DNA from: Candidatus Babeliales bacterium
Lineage (GTDB): Bacteria; Babelota; Babeliae; Babelales; JACPOV01
NCBI GenBank assembly: GCA_050250855.1
Contig: JBFWNW010000003.1
Location: 128,001 to 192,000, forward strand
Length of the DNA stretch: 64,000 nucleotides
Reading direction: 5' to 3'
Position 1 is the first letter of the stretch, and each line of letters begins with the position of its first letter. The notes beneath the pieces are model-generated. The model was not told the DNA's origin and searched no databases. It saw only the letters and a list, made by a program, of their open reading frames with translations. Position numbers and translations under genes: made by a program. Of the stretch, positions 18,643-28,509 are shown one piece after another.

Positions 18643-19995
18643 TTAACAAACAACTGTTTTTTCTTTGATTGCCTTATTGTAGGTGTTGGCAAGGAAGATT
18701 GCAATAAAGAACCATGCCGCCACAAGACCCAAAGAAAAATATACCGCCAAGCTAAGATAAAGCTCAAAGCCAAAAAAGCCCTTAGTTAAATTAGCAAAGG
18801 AAGCAGAAGCTTTTGCTGTTCTTGAACCAAATGTTTCAATCCACGCTTGTGATTTATATTTAACTTCATGTGATGTAGGAACATAAAGCTGCTTAATACA
18901 AGGCCCGTTCAAGGCATAGTTAATAGCTTTTGCGCCGACCATTAAATAAAAAAGCACATCAATCAACGGAAATAATTTAAAGGTCAATACAGCGCCACCA
19001 ATAATAAGAGGTACTAAGCATAATGCTGTTCGCAAACCAAGAAAGCGCTGAATATTATTAATACCAAAAAACAAACATAAAAATGCAACCAAATTCACCG
19101 AAGATGCATAACTTGCAAAATATTCTGAAGCTTGTGCGCAATCAGGAAAATAAGCAAAAGTCATCGTTTTAAAGTTGAAGTCAATCACCGTAACAATAAA
19201 TTCAAAGAATGCTAGAATGCCAAAAATACCAAGAAGATAATTATGTGAAAGCATAATTTTTAAACCCTCAAGAAACCCTGGTTCTTCTTCATGTTTCTTT
19301 TCTTGTGCTTGATAGCCAACGAGTTCTTTTTGCGGCGTAACTTTAAAGAAAACCCACATAAGAACCGCGGTAATTAATACCAATAACCCACAAACACCAA
19401 CAACTAATGCCAGTGAAGTATTAAACAGTTTTGGCAATTTCATTAAATACTTTGGCCCTAAAATGCCACCAATTTGACCAATCATTACGATGAGTGCAAA
19501 TCCATGCTTTGAGGATTTGGTTGTTGAAATATCAACCACCAGCGCCCAAAAAAGTGCAATTACTAAGGAGCCAAAACTCTCTACAAATGCATACCAGAAC
19601 CATCCAGAAAGCCGCCATGGGCTTGCTGCCGTATTTGCCAAACCATACGTTGGGTTAGCAAAGAAAAAGGTCCAAAGAGCAAGTATTACTACATATAAGC
19701 AGGCCATTGTATAAAAAAGATTGGTCTTTTTAAGTTTATCCACCATTTTCCCGTAAAGCATAACAATGGGAAAAAGAACAACAAGTGAAAAAACTTTCGC
19801 CCAGGCAAGATAAATATCACGAGAGCCAGCTTTACCAAAGCCAACAATCATATTCGCAAAAATTGAATCTTTTAAGGGACGAAGCGTCCAGTAGACGCCA
19901 ATGATGAGGGAAAAAATCAAACCTAAAAAAAGATATTTTTTAAGTTCTTCTCGTTCAAAGTCGCCAAACCAGACTTTGAATAAACGTGTAAGCAT
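18643..19995 (-). CDS. TLC/Npt-family ATP/ADP or nucleotide translocase (1 of 3)
   Basis: LRPLKDSIF, VESFGSL...LFW, KAINYALN.P..QLYVPTS..KYKSQAWIE.FGSR. Confidence 0.88.
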   Translation of the reverse strand: MLTRLFKVWFGDFEREELKKYLFLGLIFSLIIGVYWTLRPLKDSIFANMIVGFGKAGSRDIYLAWAKVFSLVVLFPIVMLYGKMVDKLKKTNLFYTMACLYVVILALWTFFFANPTYGLANTAASPWRLSGWFWYAFVESFGSLVIALFWALVVDISTTKSSKHGFALIVMIGQIGGILGPKYLMKLPKLFNTSLALVVGVCGLLVLITAVLMWVFFKVTPQKELVGYQAQEKKHEEEPGFLEGLKIMLSHNYLLGIFGILAFFEFIVTVIDFNFKTMTFAYFPDCAQASEYFASYASSVNLVAFLCLFFGINNIQRFLGLRTALCLVPLIIGGAVLTFKLFPLIDVLFYLMVGAKAINYALNGPCIKQLYVPTSHEVKYKSQAWIETFGSRTAKASASFANLTKGFFGFELYLSLAVYFSLGLVAAWFFIAIFLANTYNKAIKEKTVVC

Positions 19996-20223
19996 ACAAT
20001 GCTCCTATCAGAGTTTAAAAAGGTATTAAATAACCGCTTGTAAAAATCTGAGCTCAGAGGCATTTACAATCTAATTATGCCAGAACTAGCAAAAATTGCA
20101 AAAAAAATATCTACCAAGCTCTAAACCTGAAAAAGCTAATATTTCTACCAGAATTGAGAATAACTCTTAATTTTTTAGCTAAACGGAGCTACACTAAAAT
20201 AAGATATTAAGTAAGGAACACTC

Positions 20224-20727
20224 ATGAGCATTGATATTCATCCTTTTTTTCCATCTGACTTAAGCCCTTTGCAAAAGCTTTTTATTGCCCTTAATAAATC
20301 ACAATCAACATTAGATTCTTACCTTGAAGAACATCAACAGGAAAAGCGGGAGCTCTTGGTTGCGTATAAAAACAATATCTTGGCAGGCTATCTGACCATC
20401 ACATGGCATTCTCTTTATCCATTTTTTAATAATAACAGTATCCCAGAAATTATGGATTTTAATGTACTTCCTGAATTTCGCAAGCAAGGAATTGGCTCCA
20501 ACCTTCTTGCCGCTGCAGAACAACTAGTACAAGAAAAAGGTTTTGATACTGTGGGCATTGGGGTAGGGCTCTATGCCGATTACGGACCGGCACAAAAATT
20601 ATATGTAAAAAAAGGTTATATTCCTGATGGAAATGGTGTAACCTATAGGTATAAATATAGTACACCTGGATCCTCTGTTTGTTTGGATGATGATCTTATT
20701 CTTTGGTTTACAAAAAAATTATTATGA
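20224..20727 (+). CDS. GNAT acetyltransferase
   Basis: IPEIMDFNVLPEFRKQGIG, GVGLYADYGPAQKLYVKKGYIPDG. Confidence 0.9.
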   Translation: MSIDIHPFFPSDLSPLQKLFIALNKSQSTLDSYLEEHQQEKRELLVAYKNNILAGYLTITWHSLYPFFNNNSIPEIMDFNVLPEFRKQGIGSNLLAAAEQLVQEKGFDTVGIGVGLYADYGPAQKLYVKKGYIPDGNGVTYRYKYSTPGSSVCLDDDLILWFTKKLL

Positions 20728-22502
20728 AAATAAACCTTATTTCTATCAACTTTACTAAACCATGGTGGCAGCTTATTATCAATCAAAAACTGCTTGCTGC
20801 TTCAGTTTTTTCAACAGTTATTATACGCGACGTATTTTGGTCATTAAACCCCTTTCTAATAACCTTTGCACTAGAGAAAAGTAACTGGTACTTTTTTGCA
20901 ATAACATGTTTTATATGGGGCTTGGCTGAACTAAATAATCTTTTACAACCTCTTGCAAATACTAAATTTCAATTGCAATGTATTCACAGCATCTTTTATA
21001 ATGCCCACCAATTCTTGCTTGCCATAGATCCTCAATATCATATTAAACGCTCAAGCGGGGTTGTATTGGCAAAAATTGACCGGGCCGCCCGTGGGTATGA
21101 AGAGTTACTCGACCAAATTACCTTTGAATTCGCGCCATTGATTATCGGTACTCTAACCATGCTCATTGTTTTAAGTCAGTACTCTCTTCTTTTAACACTT
21201 GTACTTTGTATTTGCTTGTTCACTATGGTCGGATGTGGTTATTATTTCGTGCAACATGCTTGTCAAAAATGGGAAAATGAATTTATTAAAACTGATGATA
21301 ACTTTCATGCTGTCGCCTTTGAAAATTTAGCACAAATACATTTAATCCGTGCAACCTTTGCAACTGATTATATGCAGCACAAGCTTACCAAAGAAATTTC
21401 GATTAATGCTGCGACTGAAAAAAAGCTTTGGCTTGCCTATGCTTTTACCTCAAGAGTACTTTCCGTTATTTATGCATTTTCAATCTTAGTTTTACTCGGG
21501 TATCTGGTCCATTGTATTCAAATCAATTGCATGTCACTCCCTTTTGCCATAGGTCTTATGATTGCGTATATACAAAGCACCAAACAAATTGTAAAAATTG
21601 TTCAGCCATTACGCCGATACATGAAGGGGTTTGCTGCCGTTAAAGATTTATTTGAATTTATCCCTCAATTTGGCAAGCAAACCTTCCCTGTTTTCAAGGA
21701 AGAGCATGCTCCTATCAGCCTAGGAAAAAAAGAATATACCCTTGTTGCTCAAAACATTTATTTTGGTTATTCAGCGGCAAGAATTTTTGATAATCATTCA
21801 TTGCACATTAAAACACCCAACAACCAACCTAATAAATTATATGGTATTATTGGACCTTCGGGTATCGGCAAAACTACGCTCATTTCCATATTAGGTGGCC
21901 AATTAAAGCCACAATCAGGAAGCATTCTGATTAATGAAATTGATATTTATGCAATATCAGATGACATACGCAGACAATTAATTACACTCCAAGGTCAAGT
22001 GGCAACAACCGTAAAAGGCACCGTACGTTACAATCTTCTTTTTGGGTTGCCTGAACACCATGATTACTCTGATGAATATTTATGTGATATTATCAAACGC
22101 GTAGGACTTGATCCCATTTTACGTGAACATCAAGGACTTGATACGCGCTTAGGCGAAGGCGCTTTAAATATTTCTGGCGGTCAGCGACAACGCCTTAATT
22201 TTGCAGCATTATATTTGCGTGCACGTTATTATAAACCAGTTTTAATTCTTATTGATGAACCTACAAGTAGTCTTGATGAAATTAGTGAACAAGCAATAAC
22301 AAGTATGATTCAAGAATTGGCCTCTTCGGCAATCACGCTTGTGATCGCTCATCGCTTAAAAACACTCAGGGATGCGGCTGGTCTTATAGATTTATCGCTT
22401 TTAAAACAATCAAAGGAAATAAAAATATACTCCTCAGAGCAATTAAAAGAACAGTCCATTTATTATCAAAAGCTTTTAGAAGAAAAAAATGAGCTGGCAT
22501 AA
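20724..22502 (+). CDS. ABC transporter, fused permease and ATPase
   Basis: TM domain, GPSGIGKT, ISGGQRQR, LIDEPTSSLD, IAHRL; ATGA overlap with the GNAT gene. Confidence 0.92.
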   Translation: MKINLISINFTKPWWQLIINQKLLAASVFSTVIIRDVFWSLNPFLITFALEKSNWYFFAITCFIWGLAELNNLLQPLANTKFQLQCIHSIFYNAHQFLLAIDPQYHIKRSSGVVLAKIDRAARGYEELLDQITFEFAPLIIGTLTMLIVLSQYSLLLTLVLCICLFTMVGCGYYFVQHACQKWENEFIKTDDNFHAVAFENLAQIHLIRATFATDYMQHKLTKEISINAATEKKLWLAYAFTSRVLSVIYAFSILVLLGYLVHCIQINCMSLPFAIGLMIAYIQSTKQIVKIVQPLRRYMKGFAAVKDLFEFIPQFGKQTFPVFKEEHAPISLGKKEYTLVAQNIYFGYSAARIFDNHSLHIKTPNNQPNKLYGIIGPSGIGKTTLISILGGQLKPQSGSILINEIDIYAISDDIRRQLITLQGQVATTVKGTVRYNLLFGLPEHHDYSDEYLCDIIKRVGLDPILREHQGLDTRLGEGALNISGGQRQRLNFAALYLRARYYKPVLILIDEPTSSLDEISEQAITSMIQELASSAITLVIAHRLKTLRDAAGLIDLSLLKQSKEIKIYSSEQLKEQSIYYQKLLEEKNELA

Positions 22503-23025
22503 AAATATAAAAAAAATAGCAATCGTCGGTAATGCCGGCTCGGGCAAATCAACGCTGGCACTCCAACTTTCTAAAATACTCGGCCTACCGCTTTACCACT
22601 TAGATCAATATTTTTGGCTACCCGGTTGGGTTGAACCAGATCGTGCTGATTTTGAAAAAATTCACAAAAAATTATGTGACCAAAATAGCTGGATTTTGGA
22701 AGGATGCGCCATAAGGCTTTTTGACTACCGCATCCAGCAAGCAGATTGTGTTATTTTTTTAGATATGCCAACCTCTCTATGTTTATATCGCATCTTAAAG
22801 CGTGCCTTTGTGCATTATGGCAGAGAACGTTTCTCCAGCGCTAAAGGCTGCCCCGAACGTGGACCAAGTTGGAAGTTTTTGAAGTTTATTTGGAACTTTA
22901 ATAGAGAACGTAAACCGATTATTCAAGAGCTTTTACAACAATATAAAGATACCAAGCAAATTTTTGTAGTTCACAACAAAGCTGAATTAGAAGGGTTATT
23001 AAAAAAAATCTTAGGAGCTCTATGA
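22489..23025 (+). CDS. FlaR / topology-modulation-like P-loop kinase
   Basis: GNAGSGKSTLA, HLDQYFWLPGW, GCPER. Confidence 0.88.
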   Translation: MSWHKNIKKIAIVGNAGSGKSTLALQLSKILGLPLYHLDQYFWLPGWVEPDRADFEKIHKKLCDQNSWILEGCAIRLFDYRIQQADCVIFLDMPTSLCLYRILKRAFVHYGRERFSSAKGCPERGPSWKFLKFIWNFNRERKPIIQELLQQYKDTKQIFVVHNKAELEGLLKKILGAL

Positions 23026-24608
23026 TTTCAAGTTTGAAAAACAAACGCTTTTTGATCTTAATAATTGCCGTAGCTTTTTTGTCATCATGTTTTTTCAAGC
23101 CTACGCCAGGAACTGTTATTATACTTATTGGCACTTCATCTGTAGGAAAAACATCACTTATTAATGAATTAAAACCACTGCTCAACAATTATGAAATTGT
23201 AGATATCGATAGTTTTACCACTTCATATTTAACAACTCATCCAATGCCAGAACAACCTGAGAATTTGGATGAAAAAACAAAAAAAGAATTTGGGCAACAT
23301 TATACAAAACAACTTGCTGAAAACTTCTATACTTTAATTAGAAATAAGGCATTACAAGGCTATAATGTTTTAGTTGATACGGTACCAATATTAGAAAGTG
23401 ATCTAGAATATAAGATAATTTCTCAAAGCTTAAAAAATATAAAAAATATTTCTATGGTACTCTATTGTCCTTTAGATATTACTATGGCAAGAGTTCAACA
23501 ACGTAATCTAACTGGTATACCAGAAGAACAAAGAAACATTGCTCTACCCTTTGGCCAATATTTGCTCCTCTACAAACCTCAAGATTCACCGAATGAACCT
23601 GTAGTTGAAACCCTCTCAAGCAGCGCTACTAAACAGGTCTTAAAATCTGCGATTAAACTGTTTATGGATGATTTACCGGAGGAACTTAAAAATAACCCAC
23701 AAATCGCTGCTGAAAGTTCTGAACATTTTTATAAAGATTTTGTACAACAATTTAAACTTGATCAATTGTCAACTATTTCTGTTGTACCAAAAATGCCTTA
23801 TGACCTCATACTTAATTGTAAAAACACACCTCAAGATCTTGCCAAAGAGGTTATGCAATTTTTAGAAAAATCGATTACAACCATCCACTCATTTAATGAC
23901 GTTAATTTTGATACTTTTACTAAAAATGATCTAGTCATATTTGACGTTGATGAAACATTAATCCAACCCAAGGATGCATTTGTTCTTAATGAACAAACAC
24001 CGCAAGCTGATGCGTTTCGTAAAAAACTTCTCCAAAAATATCCAACCGTAACTATTAAGGAATGGGAAAATATAGGAAGTCTTTTACTCTTGCAAGCGGA
24101 ACGGCCACTTTTAGAGCCTTCCGTCATTACAAAAATAGATACCTTACAAAAAAGAGGAATCCCCGTTATCGCATGCACCGGCATGAATACAGGAACATTA
24201 GGCCTTGTACCCAGTATGGAAGCATGGCGCTATAATCATTTAAAAAGTTTGGGATTTGAAGGTTCATTTAACAAGACAGAGCTAACATTCAAAACATTTA
24301 AACGCAAACCAGTGTTTTACCACGGCATTCTGGCAGCAGATACTGAACCAAAAGGTCCTGTTGTCGGCGCCTTTCTTGATGCCATGCAATTACATCCTAA
24401 AAAGATTATTATGTTTGATGATACCTTGGAATTTTTAGAATCAATGCAAGCAGAATGCAAAAAAAGAGGTATCGCCTTTCAAGGCTATGAATATAAAGGT
24501 GCTCACGAAAAACCGTGGGATGAAAAGCTCTTTGAGCAACAAGCCGATTATTTAATAAAGCACAAAACATGGCGCAGTGATGAGGCATTTCAAGGTGCAA
24601 GTATATGA
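23022..24608 (+). CDS. Putative lipoprotein: P-loop kinase fused to a HAD (DUF2608-like) phosphatase
   Basis: Lipobox-like FLSSC; GTSSVGKT; IFDVDETL, KG, MFDD. Confidence 0.75.
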   Translation: MISSLKNKRFLILIIAVAFLSSCFFKPTPGTVIILIGTSSVGKTSLINELKPLLNNYEIVDIDSFTTSYLTTHPMPEQPENLDEKTKKEFGQHYTKQLAENFYTLIRNKALQGYNVLVDTVPILESDLEYKIISQSLKNIKNISMVLYCPLDITMARVQQRNLTGIPEEQRNIALPFGQYLLLYKPQDSPNEPVVETLSSSATKQVLKSAIKLFMDDLPEELKNNPQIAAESSEHFYKDFVQQFKLDQLSTISVVPKMPYDLILNCKNTPQDLAKEVMQFLEKSITTIHSFNDVNFDTFTKNDLVIFDVDETLIQPKDAFVLNEQTPQADAFRKKLLQKYPTVTIKEWENIGSLLLLQAERPLLEPSVITKIDTLQKRGIPVIACTGMNTGTLGLVPSMEAWRYNHLKSLGFEGSFNKTELTFKTFKRKPVFYHGILAADTEPKGPVVGAFLDAMQLHPKKIIMFDDTLEFLESMQAECKKRGIAFQGYEYKGAHEKPWDEKLFEQQADYLIKHKTWRSDEAFQGASI

Positions 24609-25153
24609 ACTTTAGCAACCTACCAATCTTAAAAACCGAACGTTTATTATTACGCCCGGCAACTATCCAGGATGCTGCTGATATTTTTGCTTATGCATCA
24701 GACCCTGAAGTAAGCAAACTTTTGCATTGGTACCCAAGCACCACCATAGAAGAGACGTATGAAGTTATTAAGCAATGGCTTGCTGATTATAAGGCAAATA
24801 AACCAGCTCCCTGGGTTATTGTTGATGCAACGTCTCATAACGTTATTGGCACTATTGGGTTACACGAATATAATGCAGATAAAAAGTCTGCTCTTATTGG
24901 TTACTGCATTGCGCGTCACTACTGGGGCAAAGGATTAATACCAGAAGCACTACAGGCCGTCATTAACTATTTATTTTCACAAACTGAAACAACTGAAATT
25001 GTAGCTTTTTGTAGAGTTGATAACCCTCGCTCACAAAGAGTTCTTGAAAAATGTGGCTTTATAAAACAAGGCAGCAAGCAAGAAGAAGTTAAGGGTGTAA
25101 TGGCGATCTTTGATCGCTTTGTGCTGTATGATAAAAAAATTTTATTGACATAA
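24605..25153 (+). CDS. RimJ/RimL-type GNAT acetyltransferase
   Basis: LKTERLLLR, IGY...HYWGKG, NPRSQRVLEKCGF. Confidence 0.92.
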   Translation: MNFSNLPILKTERLLLRPATIQDAADIFAYASDPEVSKLLHWYPSTTIEETYEVIKQWLADYKANKPAPWVIVDATSHNVIGTIGLHEYNADKKSALIGYCIARHYWGKGLIPEALQAVINYLFSQTETTEIVAFCRVDNPRSQRVLEKCGFIKQGSKQEEVKGVMAIFDRFVLYDKKILLT

Positions 25154-25225
25154 ACAGAGTTTTGTTTATCATTTCAACTGAAAATCGAGTGACTTATTCA
25201 AAGTACACGTTTAAGGAGAATTACT

Positions 25226-25480
25226 ATGAAAAAATTACTTATCATTGCAGCCCTTTTCACGCTTAATGCATATGCAGGAAAAAAAAGCTGCAAAACAGTT
25301 AATGAAGTATATAAGCCCAAAAAAGGCGGCTTATACTATACTCGAGAGTGTCCTGCAACACCAACACCAGAAAAGCCACAACAAGGATGCAAGGTTGTAG
25401 CTACTAATACACTTAAATTAGGCCGTGGGGAAAAAAGAGTTACAACCTACCATTGTCCTGAAAAAAAGCAAAAAGAATAG
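25226..25480 (+). CDS. Small secreted basic protein with 4 Cys
   Basis: AAGGAG RBS, signal peptide AYA|GKK, two half-repeats ending in CP. Confidence 0.7.
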   Translation: MKKLLIIAALFTLNAYAGKKSCKTVNEVYKPKKGGLYYTRECPATPTPEKPQQGCKVVATNTLKLGRGEKRVTTYHCPEKKQKE

Positions 25481-25529
25481 TAAAACAAAACAAACCTCCT
25501 AAAAAAAGGCAAATACATAAAGGGCTACC

Positions 25530-25796
25530 ATGAAAAAATCAATCATTCTTTCTTTTATTGGACTAACAATAGCATCTTCTTGGTCATATCTTTCTGCCTC
25601 AGACAAAACCCACACCGTCTATGAAAGTAATTCAACTACTGTTTATGGAAGCGCCAATAAAAGTGAAGTTTCTGTTGGTTTAGTGGTGACGACAAACAAA
25701 GATGTTTTAGGAAAAGCAGCAAAAAAAGCCAAAAAACTCAAAAAGATTAAAAAAGTTAAAAAACTTGGCAAGCATTTAAAGAAAATGAAATTTTAA
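25530..25796 (+). CDS. Small secreted protein with Lys-rich amphipathic C-terminus
   Basis: Signal peptide; KAAKKAKKLKKIKKVKKLGKHLKKMKF. Confidence 0.7.
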   Translation: MKKSIILSFIGLTIASSWSYLSASDKTHTVYESNSTTVYGSANKSEVSVGLVVTTNKDVLGKAAKKAKKLKKIKKVKKLGKHLKKMKF

Positions 25797-25814
25797 TAAC
25801 TGTAGCTAAAAATG

Positions 25815-25849
25815 GTTAAGGGGGCATGCATTGTAGTCATGCCCTTAAC
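25815..25849. terminator. Hairpin between convergent genes
   Basis: GTTAAGGGGGCATG...CATGCCCTTAAC. Confidence 0.55.
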
Positions 25850-25897
25850 TATTAAAAGATTTTAATTCTGCAATTTCATTTATTTTTCAATTTAAAA

Positions 25898-27241
25898 TTA
25901 GAGCCTCTGGATAAGTGAATTTAGCAATAATGCTAAAAAAACATTCTCTAAATTAGGAGTGATTTGTGCAACCTTGACTGGCTCACTAATTTCTCCTAAA
26001 GTTTTTTGTGTTTCTTGTAAAAGTTGCATAAAAGTATCGTCACTTTCATAGCTTTGGTTGGCAAAATAGTTAATAATATCTTGTAATCTATTTAATGGTA
26101 ACGGCAGCATAGATTTCATCACAGTATAAAACATATCATAATTTAAACTGTTTTCATGCAATAATGAATTTTCATCATACTCATTTGCCAAGCAAAGTAA
26201 TGCTTTGATCTTTTCATCAACATATTTAAGTGGATTTTTTATAATATCTTCAATAGCTGCTTGCAATTTTTTGTTAACAACTTCTTGATTAAAATAAAAC
26301 TGGCTACATGCATTGATATCAGAACCATGTACAAGAAGCAGTGCTATACAATCAATATTATTACTCACAAGAGCACTTACAAGCGGTGTGTAACCTAAAA
26401 TATCTTTTGCATCTATTTCAACTTTAGCATCAATAAGAAGTTTTAAACACTCTACGTGCCCATGCAGAGCAGCCACATGAAGTGGTGTTTCTACATTGTT
26501 ATCTGGCTTATGAATATCAGCACCATGTTTCATAAAAATCTTTGCGCAATCTTTATGACCTCCGCAAATAGCCGCACTAAAAGGTGTTTGACCAGTTGAT
26601 CCATTTATACTATCTATTTCAGCTTTAGAAGCAATGAGCAATTTAACGCAAGCTAAGTTTCCTTTTGCAGCTGCTTTATAAAGAGGAGTTTCTCTTTTTT
26701 CATCTTTGCTATTTACATTCTCATTATTATTCACCAGAAGCTCTAAACAATGGTCTTTCCCTTTTTCAGCAAACAAATGAAGAAGTTTGTTTTTATCTTT
26801 CTTATCAAGCTTTGCTCCATTTAGAAAAAGATATTCTGCACAATCAGCATCTTTTTGAAGAAAGGCTATATCAAGTGGTGTATTTTTAGACAGATCTTTT
26901 GCATCAACCTTAGCACCATTTTTAATAAGCAATTCAGCGCAATCTTTATATCCCTTTTGAACAGCACAATGAAGGGGACTGTTTCCCAAATAATTTGACT
27001 TATTCACATCAGCACCCTGTTGAATGCTTGTTTCAATTGCTTGCAAAATAATTTGATTATGGGTTAAACCCTTTTTCATACCACCAATAAGCCTAGAAAT
27101 ATCATTCTTATTGTGTGCAATAAAAGAAAAAAGATCATATATCTCTGGTCTCTTGAACGGATTATTTTCAACATCTTCTGCCGCGTACAGGGCCCCCGCA
27201 AGACTACAAGTTAGGGTAAAGATGGTAAGTAGTTTTTTCAT
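25898..27241 (-). CDS. Secreted ankyrin-repeat protein (about 7 repeats)
   Basis: GNSPLHCAV, ETPLYKAA, ETPLHVAA, GYTPLVSA; signal peptide. Confidence 0.92.
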   Translation of the reverse strand: MKKLLTIFTLTCSLAGALYAAEDVENNPFKRPEIYDLFSFIAHNKNDISRLIGGMKKGLTHNQIILQAIETSIQQGADVNKSNYLGNSPLHCAVQKGYKDCAELLIKNGAKVDAKDLSKNTPLDIAFLQKDADCAEYLFLNGAKLDKKDKNKLLHLFAEKGKDHCLELLVNNNENVNSKDEKRETPLYKAAAKGNLACVKLLIASKAEIDSINGSTGQTPFSAAICGGHKDCAKIFMKHGADIHKPDNNVETPLHVAALHGHVECLKLLIDAKVEIDAKDILGYTPLVSALVSNNIDCIALLLVHGSDINACSQFYFNQEVVNKKLQAAIEDIIKNPLKYVDEKIKALLCLANEYDENSLLHENSLNYDMFYTVMKSMLPLPLNRLQDIINYFANQSYESDDTFMQLLQETQKTLGEISEPVKVAQITPNLENVFLALLLNSLIQRL

Positions 27242-27446
27242 TAATGTAACTCAATTCTGGCTATTTTGGCTGTTTTAAACTTAACTATATTCTCATGGTA
27301 GACAATATTGCATATTTGTCAATGTTGAAAAACATGGCTTCATGCCACAAGCCTTTCGGAAAAATCAAAGCCTGCTACTTTACCATTAAAGAAAAAACAG
27401 TTACAATGACAAATTAATGAAACCATATTAAAGATTAGGATTCTCA

Positions 27447-28013
27447 ATGTCCACCTCAATTATTAAAAAATCATACCTTATCATTCTTCTTTTATGCTCT
27501 ATGCAAGGCATCAAAAGCTCTGAAAATACAGAAACTCCAGTAGTTGACTATCAACAAGCATCCAAAACTCTTACCTGCTTATCACAAAATCCCTTAACCT
27601 TTTTAAGCAATCTTTCAAATACATTAGATCTTAAAGCTATCTATCTATCCCCTCAAGAAAAAGAAGATCTCATAGAAAAGTTAAAAGGTTTAAAACAAGC
27701 TTTTTGCAATCGTTCAAAGCATTCAGTTTTGGTATTACCTCTTCTTGCAACAGTATGCTTGGGCCTTAAAACTCTTTTTGACTATGCTGCAGTAAACTAT
27801 AGTAAAGAGGTCTACAATTCATCATTTTTCTTGTCTGGCATTCATACAGAAAATGTTAATATTTTCATGACCAGTTTATGTCTTTTTATTGGCTGTTTGG
27901 GCTGTTCAATCTTGCTTGAAATGGAACATTCTGAATCTGTTTCTTCATTATTCAGCAAAGAAGAAAAACTTGAACAAAAAATTGATAAACTTATTACAAA
28001 GTTACAACAATAA
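27447..28013 (+). CDS. Hypothetical exported or membrane protein
   Basis: Signal peptide, two hydrophobic segments, coiled-coil-like tail. Confidence 0.6.
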   Translation: MSTSIIKKSYLIILLLCSMQGIKSSENTETPVVDYQQASKTLTCLSQNPLTFLSNLSNTLDLKAIYLSPQEKEDLIEKLKGLKQAFCNRSKHSVLVLPLLATVCLGLKTLFDYAAVNYSKEVYNSSFFLSGIHTENVNIFMTSLCLFIGCLGCSILLEMEHSESVSSLFSKEEKLEQKIDKLITKLQQ

Positions 28014-28080
28014 ATAATTAACAAGAATTAAGCAATCTGTTTCTTGACAATTACAGGATCAACAATATCTTTTGTAAAAA

Positions 28081-28284
28081 ATTAATACCAGAAGCACTGC
28101 AAGCCGTCATTAACTATTTATTTTCACAAACTGAAACAACTGAAATTGTAGCTTTTTGTAGAGTTGATAACCCTCGCTCACAAAAAGTTCTTGAAAAATG
28201 TGGCTTTATAAAACAAGGCAGCAAGCAAGAAGAAGTTAAGGGTGTAATGGCGATCTTTGATCGCTTTGTAAAATTGCAGCAATA
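28081..28284 (+). pseudogene. Duplicated 3' fragment of the RimJ-type GNAT gene
   Basis: 28081-28269 matches 24934-25122 with about 3 mismatches; no in-frame ATG upstream. Confidence 0.88.
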
Positions 28285-28509
28285 AATGACTTGTAATAAA
28301 AATTAGTTTTTCTTTTTTGGTCTTAATAAAAGAGTATCGGTATCATAGGGATATCGAATATTCCACACTTTCGTATTATCTGAAAATGGACCGACAATAT
28401 ACCTTTTGAGCTCCTCTTACAGCACATACTTTTATAAATTTATTGACATTAAAAAAAATTATTTAATAAATTTATATCACGTAAATATTATATTAAAAGG
28501 GGGCCTTTA

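Noticed and set aside
28303..28419. Minus-strand fragment ...GPFSDNTKVWNIRYPYDTDTLLLRPKKKN* faintly resembling the C-terminus of the ubiquitin-like protein
   Set aside because: Under 40 codons, no start codon, and the similarity is too weak to support by eye
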